Shown: positions 10,128 to 21,815, counted from the stretch's first letter. The stretch is DNA of 64,000 nucleotides from Nitrospirota bacterium (GCA_963845065.1 CAWJQQ010000006.1:352001-416000); one strand, 5' to 3'. Made by a program: numbers and translations. The notes: generated from the sequence alone by a model not told the origin.

Positions 10128-12341
10128 TCAAATACCATCAAAGCTTCTCGTCGTGCCATCCATATTCCTCCCGACTAGAACCTTCCGCGGCTTGGCCCCG
10201 TCGGCAGGTCCCACGATACCATCTTTTTCCATCATCTCGATCATGCGTGCTGCGCGATTGTATCCCACACGAAGGTGACGCTGCAAAAATGACGTGGATG
10301 CCTTTCCATTCTGTTGTACCAGATCGACAGCACGCTGATATTCCTCATCATGCTCTCCATCTTCCACGGCGGCCGCTTCCGCCTCCACGATCTCTTTGGC
10401 CCGTTGCTGGAGCAGATCGAAATTCGGCTTACCCTGCTTTTTTACGAACTCAACCACACGCTTGATTTCCGCTTCGGACACGAAGCAGCCATGCACTCGG
10501 ACCAGGTGGGACGAAGCGGGAGGCAAGAAAAGCATATCGCCCATGCCGAGCAGATTCTCTGCGCCGTTCGCGTCCAGAATCGTACGCGAGTCGGTCTTGG
10601 ACGAGACCTGAAATGAAATTCGCGAAGGAAGGTTGGCCTTGATGAGACCGGTGATCACATCCACGCTCGGCCGCTGAGTTGCTACGATCAAATGGATGCC
10701 TGCTGCGCGTGCCATTTGTGCCAAACGCATAATAGAGTCTTCGACCTCACGCTGTACCGTCATCATAAGATCCGCCAGCTCATCGATGATCACCACGATA
10801 TACGGGAGCCTCTCTGCCTCCGGGGCTGCTTTATTGTAGGAATCAACATTCTTGTTGCCCTTCTCCGCGAGTATCCGATACCGCCGCTCCATCTCGGCAA
10901 CGATCGCCCGTAATGTCTCTGCGGCCTTCTTAGGTTGGGTAACGACTGGCGAAATAAGGTGGGGGATACCTTCGTATAGCGAAAGCTCAAGCATCTTAGG
11001 ATCCACCATTGCGAGCTTTACTTCGTTCGGCCTTGCATTATAGAGGAGTGCAAGAATTATGGAGTTGATGGCAACACTTTTGCCTGAGCCGGTTGCGCCC
11101 GCCACCAAGAGGTGGGGCATCTTGTCGATAGAGGCAATCACCGACGCACCGAAGATATCCTTCCCCATCGGGATCTTAAGCTTGGACTTGTTTCCCTGGT
11201 ACTCCGGCGTTTCGAGGATCTGGCGGAAATAGACGGTCTCGCGCGTATTATTCGGCACCTCGATGCCGACCGCTGCCTTTCCGGGCAGTGGCGCCACAAT
11301 GCGGACCGATGCCGCCTTCATAGAGAGTGCAAGGTCATCAGACAGGTTAACAATTCTGCTAACCTTCACGCCCGGCGCAGGCTCAAACTCAAACATAGTA
11401 ACCACCGGGCCGGGGTAGACCTGAGTTACACGACCTTCGATACCGAAGTCCTGAAGTTTATGCTGCAGAAGTTCGGATTGGGCGATCATGTCTTCTTTAG
11501 AAACTTTTTTTACAACCTGTGGGAGAGGATCGAGCAAGTCTGGTGTGGGGAGTTGATAGGCGCCCTTCGCATCCAACCCGTCTTTGGCGCCCATGAATTC
11601 AAAAGCTGCCTGGACGGGCTTTGTGGGCTTTTCCGGCTTAACGTTCTTCGGAGCAAGAGGAAAGGCCTGCGACTTTTGCGTATCAACGATCTTCGGTAAC
11701 TCTTTAGGTAAGATATGACGCTGCTTAGCTTCTCTAGCCTTTTCCCTGCGGCCCTGGTAGATGGTGATGAGCAGGTCCACCTGCACCATCATGCGTCCAT
11801 AGAGTGAACGCAGCCACCCAAAGGCATTGATCATTGAGAATGGCGTGAGTATCATAAGCGAAACAACGATTGCCGTGAGCGCTATAATGTAGGCTCCGGT
11901 GGACGAGAACCCGGAGAGCAACAGGTGAGCGAACAGACCGCCCAGCATTCCGCCTGAAGGGACATCTTTTCCGAGCAGGCGGAGCGTTTCTCCCTGCAGC
12001 CCGAAGAACGCCGAGGAAGAGAAAAAAAGAACGATACCACCGACTTTTTTTAGGTAAGGGTGAACCGGCACCCTGCCGAGCGCAAGGAACGCGGCGTAGC
12101 CGATCAAGAGGAGGGGCAGTAGATAGGCGGAAATACCGAAGAGACGAAGGAGCACATCGGAGAGGTAGGCACCGATGATACCGATGATGTTTTGTGTCCT
12201 TAAATTGGTTCCGGAGACGCTGAAACAGGGGTCCGTTGGGCTGTACGAAAGAAGGCTCAGCATAACAAGAAGCCCGGCGGCAAGCAGGAGCAGGCCCATC
12301 ATTTCGTTCCAGTGTTTATGTTTTACTGCGGAAACCGCCAT
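10128..12341 (-). CDS. ftsK: DNA translocase FtsK
   Basis: N-terminal TM domain, [44 protein letters not shown], gamma domain [19 protein letters not shown]. Confidence 0.97.
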   Translation of the reverse strand: MAVSAVKHKHWNEMMGLLLLAAGLLVMLSLLSYSPTDPCFSVSGTNLRTQNIIGIIGAYLSDVLLRLFGISAYLLPLLLIGYAAFLALGRVPVHPYLKKVGGIVLFFSSSAFFGLQGETLRLLGKDVPSGGMLGGLFAHLLLSGFSSTGAYIIALTAIVVSLMILTPFSMINAFGWLRSLYGRMMVQVDLLITIYQGRREKAREAKQRHILPKELPKIVDTQKSQAFPLAPKNVKPEKPTKPVQAAFEFMGAKDGLDAKGAYQLPTPDLLDPLPQVVKKVSKEDMIAQSELLQHKLQDFGIEGRVTQVYPGPVVTMFEFEPAPGVKVSRIVNLSDDLALSMKAASVRIVAPLPGKAAVGIEVPNNTRETVYFRQILETPEYQGNKSKLKIPMGKDIFGASVIASIDKMPHLLVAGATGSGKSVAINSIILALLYNARPNEVKLAMVDPKMLELSLYEGIPHLISPVVTQPKKAAETLRAIVAEMERRYRILAEKGNKNVDSYNKAAPEAERLPYIVVIIDELADLMMTVQREVEDSIMRLAQMARAAGIHLIVATQRPSVDVITGLIKANLPSRISFQVSSKTDSRTILDANGAENLLGMGDMLFLPPASSHLVRVHGCFVSEAEIKRVVEFVKKQGKPNFDLLQQRAKEIVEAEAAAVEDGEHDEEYQRAVDLVQQNGKASTSFLQRHLRVGYNRAARMIEMMEKDGIVGPADGAKPRKVLVGRNMDGTTRSFDGI

Positions 12342-12470
12342 AGACTCCTAACCCGAACGGCTGGAAACTGAACTAGGCAAGACATGTCGCCGCACAGTTT
12401 CGAACAATCTAAGACACTGACGACACCAACGCTTTTCTTGCCATTTATTACTGACAAATCTTCATAGAAA

Positions 12471-12932
12471 TCACATTTCGTGCCCGAACCACACGCCACT
12501 GGCAACAGCCGTATAGCTGATAATCACGAGGAACCAATGCATAATATTGATGAGCCTCAGGGCCTGGTCCATATCAATCTTTTCTGGGTCGGCAAAAATC
12601 CTGCCAAAGATCTTCCGCTCTGACAAAAGTACAATGGTATAAAGCGCCCAGGCAAATATCATAATTGCAATACCGATACCGCGGGCCTGTGCCAAAATGC
12701 CAAAACCATATTTTGCATAGAGTATCCAGAAGCCCGTGATGCCCACGATTGCGATCAACCACTTGACCATGCCTGCGAAACGGTGTTCCACGCGCTGGAA
12801 CATGAGCGCTTTTTCAAGCGAGCCATCGCTCATGTACATCATAGGAAAGATGACCGTAGTTACGAACGTCACCCCACCTATCCAGACGATGACGCAGATA
12901 GTGTGGATTATAAGCAAGATTGTCAGAAACAT
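12471..12932 (-). CDS. Four-TM integral membrane protein (CopD-like N-terminal motif), function unknown
   Basis: IIHTICVIVWIGGVTFV and four hydrophobic segments. Confidence 0.6.
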   Translation of the reverse strand: MFLTILLIIHTICVIVWIGGVTFVTTVIFPMMYMSDGSLEKALMFQRVEHRFAGMVKWLIAIVGITGFWILYAKYGFGILAQARGIGIAIMIFAWALYTIVLLSERKIFGRIFADPEKIDMDQALRLINIMHWFLVIISYTAVASGVWFGHEM

Positions 12933-13206
12933 GCGGCCCCCGTGTCCAGCCGGAGCAGGTTTGCCAGACAAACACATTATTTCATAAAGCGCTGCGAAAT
13001 TCAAGATGTTTTGGAGTAATCACAGCCTTATTCACGGACAACGGATGCAAAGATTGTAGAGATAAAGAGAGCAGCCGTATACCTACGACTCATACAATGA
13101 TTACTGCAGCCTCGAAGAAAGGGTAAAAAAATTCAGAACGTTTTCAATGCCGAGGTATCACCCAATTCTCGCCTCGCATTCCTCTGTGCACGCAGCAGTG
13201 AACTCT

Positions 13207-14241
13207 TTACGGAACCCTAACCACGATTTTCCCGAAGAACTGCCGGCTAAGCAGTTTCTCATAGGCCTTCTGTACATTGTTGAAGTCGAATACAGAATCG
13301 ACTACCGTCTTTAAGTCCTCTGGAAATAGCCTGAGCACCTGCGCAAATTCGGCCCTTGGTCCCACGTACACACCGTGGATCGAGAGATTTTTCCCGAACA
13401 GGTAGCGGAGGCTCACATTCATTTCGTCGCCGCTCGTGTTACCGAATGTCACCAGCCTGCCTCCCCGTCTGAGGCACGCAAGTGACTTATTGATCGTAGC
13501 CGCTCCTACATGGTCTACAGCAATGTCCGCCTGCCGGCCGTTCGTTATCCGCTTTACAGCCTCTGCAAAATCTTCTTTCCGATGATTGATGACAAAGTCA
13601 GCCCCGAGCTCTTTTGCCTTCTCTATCTTCCAGTCGTCGCCCACCGTGGTGATGATCGTTGCATGGTACAGCTTAGCTACCTGGATGAGCGCTGTGCCCA
13701 CCCCGCTTCCTGCCCCGTGGACCAAGACCGTGTCGCCTTGGTGAATACCCGCTCGCGCCACAAGCGAGTTCCATGATGTAGCGTAGGTAATACCTATTCC
13801 TGCTGCCTCGTCAAAGGTCAAGCCATCTGGTTTTTTAAAAATATTTGCTCCTGGTGCTTTTGCATATTCCGCTGACGCACCGTTAAAAATAACACCGAGA
13901 ACTGAGAAGCTGTCGCACTCATTATCATGCCCGCTCATGCACCTATCGCACTGTCCGCATGAAAGGCCAGGGAAGATGATCACTTCGTCGCCTGCTTTAA
14001 CATGCTTCACGTATTTACCAGCTTTTTCAACGATTCCGGATGAGTCTGAACCGAAGATATGGGGTAGTGGAATTTTAACGGGATAGTTCCCGCTCATGAC
14101 CCAGACATCGAGGTGATTGAGCGAGAAAGCTTTTACCCGGACGAGGACCTCGTACTCACTTATTTCGGGGGCAGGCATTTCCCCCAATTTAATTTCTTGA
14201 TATCCTTTTTGTTCGTTGTAAAAGAGCGCTTTCACAGTCAC
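13207..14241 (-). CDS. Zinc-binding alcohol dehydrogenase / quinone oxidoreductase (MDR family)
   Basis: Structural Zn motif CGQCDRCMSGHDNEC, Rossmann VLVHGAGSGVG, C-terminal FGKIVV. Confidence 0.88.
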   Translation of the reverse strand: MTVKALFYNEQKGYQEIKLGEMPAPEISEYEVLVRVKAFSLNHLDVWVMSGNYPVKIPLPHIFGSDSSGIVEKAGKYVKHVKAGDEVIIFPGLSCGQCDRCMSGHDNECDSFSVLGVIFNGASAEYAKAPGANIFKKPDGLTFDEAAGIGITYATSWNSLVARAGIHQGDTVLVHGAGSGVGTALIQVAKLYHATIITTVGDDWKIEKAKELGADFVINHRKEDFAEAVKRITNGRQADIAVDHVGAATINKSLACLRRGGRLVTFGNTSGDEMNVSLRYLFGKNLSIHGVYVGPRAEFAQVLRLFPEDLKTVVDSVFDFNNVQKAYEKLLSRQFFGKIVVRVP

Positions 14242-14399
14242 CTTCCTTTGATTAAGTATATCCGTTTGGTGAGTGGCGTGTCAATGAAAGACAAGAAAAA
14301 CCTTTATTCGCTCATCTACAGCTCCTAGTGAATGGTTGTTGAGAAAATAGTATGAATTTTTATGGAAAACCATTACTACCTATAAAAACCCTTTGAGCT

Positions 14400-14917
14400 G
14401 TGACAGCGGTCCTGCAAAATAAGGATTCGAACGACAGTAAGCCCGGAACCATTCTTTTATGTTAAAAGTCAAACCTGGGTTCGACTGGGCAGACTGGCCG
14501 ACAGGTTTTTCTCAGTTTTTTATTCGTTTTTGTTAATAATCATTAAAGTGTACCAGTCGAGGGGGCTTCCCAGCTGCATTGATCGTTTGCGAGACTTTGA
14601 GTCTGTTTGGAACAGAAATCAAATCTCACAAATGCCCCAGGATCGATTTTCCAGGGGCAGGCCATATCGTGATACCCCCCGTAGGACCCCTTTCTCGAGA
14701 TTCATTCGCAGAACGGACAAATCTTTAAAACGACGCTTTATCAACAGACATGCTTACCCTATAAAGGCAGCTGCATTTCCTTGATCAGGTATTAAAGTTG
14801 TGGGTCCGCTGTCTATAGTTTTGCAGACATGCTTCCCTCGCCGGCTGCGAATGGCACAAAGCGTTACCCATGGTACATCAGGTCGTAAGATTGGCCGTCC
14901 TAACGTGATCCCGTTTC
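14400..14917 (-). ncRNA. Candidate IS110 non-coding region (bridge/seek RNA-like); boundaries approximate
   Basis: ~500-nt region without a credible ORF directly 3' of the IS110 transposase, with internal direct and inverted repeats. Confidence 0.4.
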
Positions 14918-15860
14918 TTATTGTATAACCGCAGGCACATACTTCTGATTCTTCAGGACGTATCTGATGCGGTTCAATAGTTTTCTGGCAATATGAACGA
15001 TGGCCCTTGTTTTTGGCGTGTTTTTAGAGAGTCGTTCAAAGGTCATTAGCAACGCAGGGTCTTTCCGTACTGCAATCCAAGAGCTTTCAATAATCAAGTT
15101 TCGAAGTATTTGATTGCGTCGGTCGGTAATGCCTGTTGTAGTGTCCTTTTCTCCACTTGAGTCCGTGTTGGGACTGAAGCCGACATAGCTCGCAAGTTTG
15201 TCAAGTGATCCAAACCGATCGATATTACATAACTCCGTGAGAAACGTCATGGCGGTGAGTGTGTTGATCCCCGAAGCGGTTCTTAATAACTGGGCATTTA
15301 CCCTGCATTCATCGTTCCGAGAGAGCGCGCGAATGTTCTGGTTCAATTCGACAATGATCACGCGGATATGCCATAACTCATCGAGATGCACCTTAAAGGC
15401 GACATAGCCACTAGCCTTTTCCATGCGGATTTCCTCAGCCATTTAATAAATTTGCTTGACCAGTTATGGTGGACAATGTCAGTTGGTATATGAATACCAT
15501 TAAAAGCGAGCATAGACTTGATCTGGTTCTTGAAACGGGTCTGCTTCTTGACCATGTTTCGTCGGGTCCTAAGCAAGCTGCGATCTTCGATTTTTATCCG
15601 CGTGGGAACATAGATTCCTTCGAGTTCTCCGTTTCTGTGGTTGCGGGCAAGTTTGCGGCAATCTACCTTATCTCTTTGCCTGCCCGTTCTTTGTCTTTTG
15701 TAGGGACATCAGCGGGATTTACTACTATGCATTCGATACCTTTTTCTCGTAACTGTTCGTGGATCCAGAATCTGGAATACCCAGTTAAACGGCGTGATAG
15801 GTTGCGTCAGGGAAATTTCGGTTCAAGTAATTGGCAAGAACCGACGGCATGGTGGTAAGT
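14918..15860 (-). pseudogene. IS110-family transposase, frameshifted and N-terminally truncated
   Basis: Fragments in different frames: FWIHEQLREKGIECIVVNPADVPTKDKER, DCRKLAR, LLRTRRNMVKKQTRFKNQIKS, SGINTLTA...RFGSLDKLASYVGFSPNTDSSG...IARKL. Confidence 0.85.
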
Positions 15861-15994
15861 CAGACTTGCCTTTTAATCATAAGGTCTATTGTGGCGTGTA
15901 CTACCCTCCAGCTTTGACAGGAATCTTTCGGACAGGATATGAAGTACTGATTTCGAGCTTTTGTAAACGTTGATGACCGTATCAGAACTTCTGT

Positions 15995-16220
15995 GAGTCG
16001 CTTGACAAAATTTTCGATTCGGTACAGAAAACCTCTGACGAAATCACTCAGATAGCCACGTCCATCGAATAGCAGACATTGACGTCAGAGGATATTGCGA
16101 AGAACATAGAAGATGTTTCTCAGATAGCCAGCCGGACTCAGACATCCACGAAAAAGTTGATGACGATCTTTGAAATTTTCGCAGCAGCTGGAGGCAACGG
16201 TGGATGAATTCAAGCTGTAA
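15995..16220 (+). pseudogene. C-terminal fragment of a methyl-accepting chemotaxis protein
   Basis: ESLDKIFDSVQKTSDEITQIATSIE*QTLTSEDIAKNIEDVSQIA.../QQLEATVDEFKL* with internal TAG and a frameshift. Confidence 0.7.
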
Positions 16221-16430
16221 ACCGTAACCGACGATTAATGTCCCTGGCTTTCGATAATTACAGTACTCATTATTGCTGTACTCTGAACCTCCCCTAGGAC
16301 AAATCCCGGAGCTTGCGGAGTTGCAAGGTTTCCCTCAATGAAAGCTTGCTTTATTTTCGCCTTGTCCGTTTGACTCGTTCAATTACCTGCAAAACTTGTA
16401 TGATCAGATGGTGAAGGGCCATCCCCGGTA

Positions 16431-16459
16431 TTGACTCTGCAACAAATAGCATTTATAAT
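16431..16459 (+). promoter_or_regulatory. Sigma-70 promoter of lipid kinase gene
   Basis: TTGACT-N17-TATAAT. Confidence 0.65.
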
Positions 16460-16488
16460 GCCGATTACTATGACGTACCCAATTCTAA

Positions 16489-17388
16489 TTGAGCAAGATG
16501 AAGAGGTATAAACTTATAGCAAACCTTCACGCTGGACGAGGCAGGGCAGGCAGTATTGTGGACGAAGTGGTTCGCATCTTTAATGCCCGGAAGGCTCGTT
16601 TCGACCTTGAAACAACCACAGGGGCGGGAGATGCGGAGAACATCGCAGCTATCGCCTGCACCGGCGATGAGTATTCCGCGGTCATTTCCATCGGCGGCGA
16701 CGGCACTGTGAACGATATCGTCCAGAAAGCGGTTTTTACTGGGAAGCCGGTCGGCGTTATACCTGCCGGGTCGGGAAACGACTTTTCAAAAGTCCTGAAC
16801 ACACCAAAAAAACTAGATGACATTGTTGACATGCTTCTCGCGGGCAGAACGAAGGTCATTGACGTGGGCAGGATGAACAAACGTTTTTTTGCAAATAATA
16901 TCGGAATCGGTTTTGACGCTGCGGTCAATTACAACACACAAAAGGTCAAATGGATAAGAAGCGGTCTAGCTGTTTATGTCTGTGCGCTTTTGAAAACACT
17001 CAAACGGTACCGACCCTTACCGATGAAGATCACGATCAATGGCGAGGTATTCGACCAAAACATGTTCTTGGTCAGTGTCGGCAACGGCACAACCTGCGGC
17101 GGTGGATTCAAACTCACGCCGCATGCGAAGATCGATGACTGGCTTCTCGATATAACGATGGTAAAGCCTCTCAGCCTACTTCAGTTGCTCTGGCATTTTC
17201 CGAAGGTCTTTCAGGGAACGATAGACAAAACAAAATACACCGTTACTCGACGGGCAGAGAAGCTGACCGTGGAAAGCTTTCATCCGCTACCGCTCCATGT
17301 TGATGGAGAAATTTATACTTTAGAAGAAGACGTATGCGAAATTTCAGTCGTACCTAACGCCTTGACAATAATCGGAAACTTTACCTAA
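16489..17388 (+). CDS. Diacylglycerol kinase family lipid kinase (YegS/BmrU-like)
   Basis: GGDGTVND, IPAGSGNDF, GIGFDA, GGGFKLTPHAKIDD, HVDGE. Confidence 0.92.
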   Translation: MSKMKRYKLIANLHAGRGRAGSIVDEVVRIFNARKARFDLETTTGAGDAENIAAIACTGDEYSAVISIGGDGTVNDIVQKAVFTGKPVGVIPAGSGNDFSKVLNTPKKLDDIVDMLLAGRTKVIDVGRMNKRFFANNIGIGFDAAVNYNTQKVKWIRSGLAVYVCALLKTLKRYRPLPMKITINGEVFDQNMFLVSVGNGTTCGGGFKLTPHAKIDDWLLDITMVKPLSLLQLLWHFPKVFQGTIDKTKYTVTRRAEKLTVESFHPLPLHVDGEIYTLEEDVCEISVVPNALTIIGNFT

Positions 17389-17569
17389 AAAAATGAGGGT
17401 GATCTTTACAAGATGCGCTCACCACGCATGGTCGCAAAGTAATACTTTCAATACCTGTTCGCCCTGAGCAAGCGGAGCACTAAATAAAGGCTTGTTCAAG
17501 ATCGACTCCTCTGTGTCTATCAATCTGCATACTATAATCACTTATACACATCGATCTTTCCCTTCCAAT

Positions 17570-18167
17570 ACCCTCATGACGATGGCCATAAGGGGCAGAT
17601 TCATCGAGAGGAAGTCGTAGTCGATTTTTTTAATACCTTCATCACAGGAATGTTTTCGGTGTCACCAGCAATTCATGCGCTTATTACCAAAGGACAGCAC
17701 ATACCCATTCCCCTCACTTTTCGGATGCTAGGGTTGTCCCATATCTCGCTTATGCACTATGTTATACTCCGGGACAGCCTCAACCTGGATTCCCGACACC
17801 GTCCGGACTTCACTGTGTTGTACAACAATCTCTCCAAAATTTTTTCCGCGCATTTTGCAGTGAACAAGAGAACCGTGTCCTTCGTACGTATGTTTTGGAT
17901 TGCTGCGGGATCAAGATGGTCGGCATGCTCATGAGCAATGAATACAATATCAGTTTTTAAAAGTTTTGCATCGTCTGCCAGTTTGCTGAATGGATCGACG
18001 TGAAGTAGCTTCCCCATGAATTGAAGCATATGCGAACCATGTCCGATGAACGTAATTAAGAGATTCGCGGAGGATATTTGTATGATGTCTTGTTCAAACG
18101 GTTCCCGTTCATGGACTTCAAGGGGATGTAATGCCCCTCGCGACATAGCTGGCACCGTTATTTTCAA
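17570..18167 (-). pseudogene. Metallo-beta-lactamase-fold hydrolase, frameshifted
   Basis: ITFIGHGS..HVDPF..HEHADHLD (HxHxDH); continues in another frame as EAVPEYNIVHKR...*HPKSEGNGYVLSFG with a stop; boundaries approximate. Confidence 0.7.
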
Positions 18168-18196
18168 AATGAGCCCTACTGTGTTTCATATTCTCA

Positions 18197-20680
18197 TCAG
18201 TCTTTTTTATCAATCGCTTTTAGTCTCCATATTTTATCAGCATATTCCCTGATCGTGCGGTCACTAGAAAATTTGCCCATGCCTGCGACGTTTAGAATCG
18301 AACGCTTGGCCCACTCCTCCTGGTCGCGGTATAGCGCATCGACCCGATCCTGGCACGCAATGTAGGACTCATAATCAGCAAGGAGCATGTAGTTGTCGCT
18401 TTCTGTGAGGGCATCAAATACAGGCTGGAAGCGGTCAGGTGCGTCTGGAGAGAAGTAGCCGCTATTGATCATATCCAGGGCCTGCTTGAGTTCGGCATTA
18501 GACTGGTAAATATCCCTGGCCCGGTATCCCCTTGCACGGAGAGAGACAACCTCATCCGCGGTCATACCGAAGATGAAGATGTTCTCGCCACCGACCTCTT
18601 CCATCATCTCGATGTTCGCGCCATCTAGGGTCCCGATGGTCATCGCGCCGTTCAAAGCAAACTTCATATTACCTGTGCCCGAGGCCTCGGTGCCAGCCAA
18701 AGAAATCTGCTCGGATAAATCGCAAGCGGGAATAATCTTCTCGGCGTTCGACACGTTATAGTCAGCGATGAACACTACTTTCAAGAGAGGGGCAGACGCG
18801 GGGTCGTTGTTCACGACATCTCCCACGCAATGAATGAGTTTGATAATAAGCTTGGCCATGGCATACCCGGGCGCTGCCTTGCCGCCAAATATCATAGTAC
18901 GCGGCACTAGGTCTATGGTCCGGCCTTCGCGGATGCGGTTATATCGCGTCACGATGTGCAACACGTTCAAGAGTTGCCGCTTATACTCATGGATACGCTT
19001 GATGTGTATATCGAAGAGTGAGGCGGGATCGACGCGGAGCTGAAGCCGCTTCCTAATTATCTCAGCCAGTCGAACCTTATTCACTTGCTTCACATCAACA
19101 AATTGTTTTCGGAATTCCCCCTCCTGAGAGAGTGGGATGAGTTTCATGAGCTCTGCAAGATCACAGACCCATTGGTCGCCAATCTGTAGCGTGATGAGCG
19201 CGGACAGCGCCGGGTTCGCCTGGTGCAGCCAACGTCGCGGAGTGACACCGTTGGTGATATTAATGATTTTATCGGGGGTGAAACGATCAAAATCCGCGAA
19301 GATCGTCTTTTTCATAAGATCCGTATGGATCTGCGAAACACCGTTGACTTTGTGGCTCCCCGCAATGGCCAGGTGGGCCATGCGCAAACGACGACCCGCC
19401 GTTTCATCAACAAGCGACATGCGTCGGAGCCGCTCGATATCGCCGGGATAGCGGTGACGCACCTCTTCGAGAAACCGGTAGTTGATCTCGTAGATGATCT
19501 GCAGATGGCGCGGAAGAACCTCTTCGAAAAGGTGGACGGGCCATGTTTCAAGCGCCTCGGGCATGAGCGTGTGATTGGTGTAGGAGAAAGTGCGGCGCGT
19601 AATATTCCAAGCGCGGTCCCAGTCTAGGTGATGAAAGTCGATTAGTACTCGCATGAGCTCGGGGATGGCAATGGAAGGGTGTGTATCGTTCAACTGGATT
19701 GCAACCTTATCCGGTAGCTCGTCAAGGTTCGAATGATATTTGGTAAAGCGGCGGAGAATATCTTGGAGCGACGCGCAAACGAAAAAGTACTGCTGTTTGA
19801 GCCGCAGCTCCCGTCCCATTTCCGTTGTATCATCTGGATAGAGGACTTTGGAAAGATTTTCCGATTCATTCTTCTCGGCCACTGCTTTGATATAGTTTCC
19901 CTCGTTGAAGTATTTAAGGTTAAAATCACGTGATGCCTTGGCGGACCATAGCCGCATGTTGTTCACTGTGCTCGTGTCGTACCCGGGCACCGGAGTGTCG
20001 AAAGCCATGGCCATCACGTCTTCGGTCTCTACCCAGTGGTACTTCAAAGCGCCATTATCGTCTTTGATCTGCACGACCCTGCCGCCGAACTTAACCGGGA
20101 AGAGCACTTCGGGCCTGGGAAACTCCCAAGGATTTCCGTAGCGCAGCCAGTTGTCGGGATGCTCCACCTGGTAGCCATTCTCAATGCGCTGGTTGAACAT
20201 ACCGTATTCGTACCGGATGCCGTACCCGTAACCAGGCAGGGACAGGGTGGCCATGGAGTCGAGAAAGCAGGCTGCAAGCCGGCCAAGTCCACCGTTTCCG
20301 AGCGCAGCGTCTGTTTCCAGTTCGCGGATCCGCTCGATATCGAGCTCCAGGTCAGCAAGGGCCTCGCAACACTCTTCATAGAACCCCATGTTCAAGAGGC
20401 TGTTCGAGAGAAGGCGGCCGGTCAAAAACTCCATAGAGAGATAGTAAACGCGCTTGGCATCGAATCGGTAGTAGTTGCGCATCGTTTCCATCCAGCGCTC
20501 TATCAGCCGCTCGCGCACGGCATATGCCGTGGTGTGGAACCAGTCGCGGTGAGTGGCTGTGATTGGGTCCTTCCCCATAGAGTAGATCAATCGGTTGGAG
20601 AGCGAGTGTTTGAGAGAGGTCCGGTCATTGCCTAACTTGTCGTACTGGAAGGTGCTTAGCTTGTTTTTATTGTTGGACAT
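18197..20680 (-). CDS. glgP: Glycogen/starch phosphorylase
   Basis: LGNGGLGRLAACFLDS, QLNDTHP, KRIHEYKRQLLN, PLP site EASGTGNMKF. Confidence 0.98.
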   Translation of the reverse strand: MSNNKNKLSTFQYDKLGNDRTSLKHSLSNRLIYSMGKDPITATHRDWFHTTAYAVRERLIERWMETMRNYYRFDAKRVYYLSMEFLTGRLLSNSLLNMGFYEECCEALADLELDIERIRELETDAALGNGGLGRLAACFLDSMATLSLPGYGYGIRYEYGMFNQRIENGYQVEHPDNWLRYGNPWEFPRPEVLFPVKFGGRVVQIKDDNGALKYHWVETEDVMAMAFDTPVPGYDTSTVNNMRLWSAKASRDFNLKYFNEGNYIKAVAEKNESENLSKVLYPDDTTEMGRELRLKQQYFFVCASLQDILRRFTKYHSNLDELPDKVAIQLNDTHPSIAIPELMRVLIDFHHLDWDRAWNITRRTFSYTNHTLMPEALETWPVHLFEEVLPRHLQIIYEINYRFLEEVRHRYPGDIERLRRMSLVDETAGRRLRMAHLAIAGSHKVNGVSQIHTDLMKKTIFADFDRFTPDKIINITNGVTPRRWLHQANPALSALITLQIGDQWVCDLAELMKLIPLSQEGEFRKQFVDVKQVNKVRLAEIIRKRLQLRVDPASLFDIHIKRIHEYKRQLLNVLHIVTRYNRIREGRTIDLVPRTMIFGGKAAPGYAMAKLIIKLIHCVGDVVNNDPASAPLLKVVFIADYNVSNAEKIIPACDLSEQISLAGTEASGTGNMKFALNGAMTIGTLDGANIEMMEEVGGENIFIFGMTADEVVSLRARGYRARDIYQSNAELKQALDMINSGYFSPDAPDRFQPVFDALTESDNYMLLADYESYIACQDRVDALYRDQEEWAKRSILNVAGMGKFSSDRTIREYADKIWRLKAIDKKD

Positions 20681-20763
20681 GGATTCTCCAGGTTGTCCTT
20701 TTTTTATTTACCTGAAAAAAAATCAATGGAAGGACCTTTTTTCGAGAAATGCGAGGCACTCCA

Positions 20764-21357
20764 TTATCGACTGCTGAGGGCTTTCCGGAATACCTCGAGG
20801 GACTGGACACCAATAATGGACTTTTTCATGCCGATGAAAAACGTTGGCACACCCGTTACGCCCAGTCGTGCAGCATCATTCTGGACCTCCACGAGCTTCG
20901 ACAGGTACTTGCCGCTTTCAACACCCTGGATCATGGCCTCAGCATCGAGACCAGTGTCGCATGCGATTTGCCTAAGCACGTTGAGATCGCCGATGTTGAG
21001 ACCCTCAGAAAAGTAGGCAGTAAAAAGAGCTTGGTGATACTCCTGGAATTTGGCGTTATCGCGCGCAAACTCAACTGCCTGGAGTGCCAAGCGTGAATTG
21101 GACAGGAGCGGACGGTCAGCGAAAGTTATTCCGAAAGCCGCGCCCATGGTACGAAGGTGTTCCATCATGCGCTGGATGTCTGCAGGGCTAAAGCGTTTGG
21201 CCATAAGAGTTCCCTCCTGCGGCGTCTCGGGGTGAATCTCCAAACCTCTCCACGCAACCGCGAGATCAAACTCCTGCTTTAGCTTTTCGACGATGCCCTC
21301 GCCGATATAGCAGAATGGTCAAATATAATCGGAAAAGACCTGAATGCTAGTGCTCAT
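20764..21357 (-). CDS. DsbA/FrnE-family thioredoxin-fold oxidoreductase, predicted selenoprotein (UPFC)
   Basis: MSTSIQVFSDYI-TGA-PFCYIG continues in frame into the ORF-track protein ending GVTGVPTFFIG...GVQSLEVF; TGA (21319-21321) sits at the first Cys of CxxC. Confidence 0.88.
21287..21305 (-). promoter_or_regulatory. Bacterial SECIS element candidate
   Basis: UCGGCGA-GGGCA-UCGUCGA 7-bp hairpin starting 13 nt after the UGA, apical loop begins with G. Confidence 0.7.
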
Positions 21358-21815
21358 GTGCCCGCCTATCTCAAAACGCCCATAGATATTGATATAATAC
21401 CATTTTTTTCAATAGTTGGCTCTATTAATTGGCTTTATGCTTTCTTCTACTGCAAGACCATGGCAAATGTGAAGATGTTCGAAAAACGCAATATCAATTG
21501 TTCTTAATAATTGAGAATCATGGGAGAAACGACGACATTCTTCCGAATCTACGACCTGCCAGGGCTCGAATGAGCCGACGCCCTGCTTCAACTGCTTGAA
21601 CTTGTTGTCAGTGATAAGACTCAGGATCTTGGAGTCCTAACGGAGGCCCATGAGCACGCTACCCTGGATAAAAGCGCAGAGATACTTGACATTGAATAAT
21701 GACTTGAATTATGCGGTTTCTGAAAATAGCCTCTTTCCCTTTCGTGATCTCTGTGTTCATTGCTGTTGCATTTTTTTTCTGGATTGCGCGGCATACATTC
21801 CGGATGAAAATAGGT

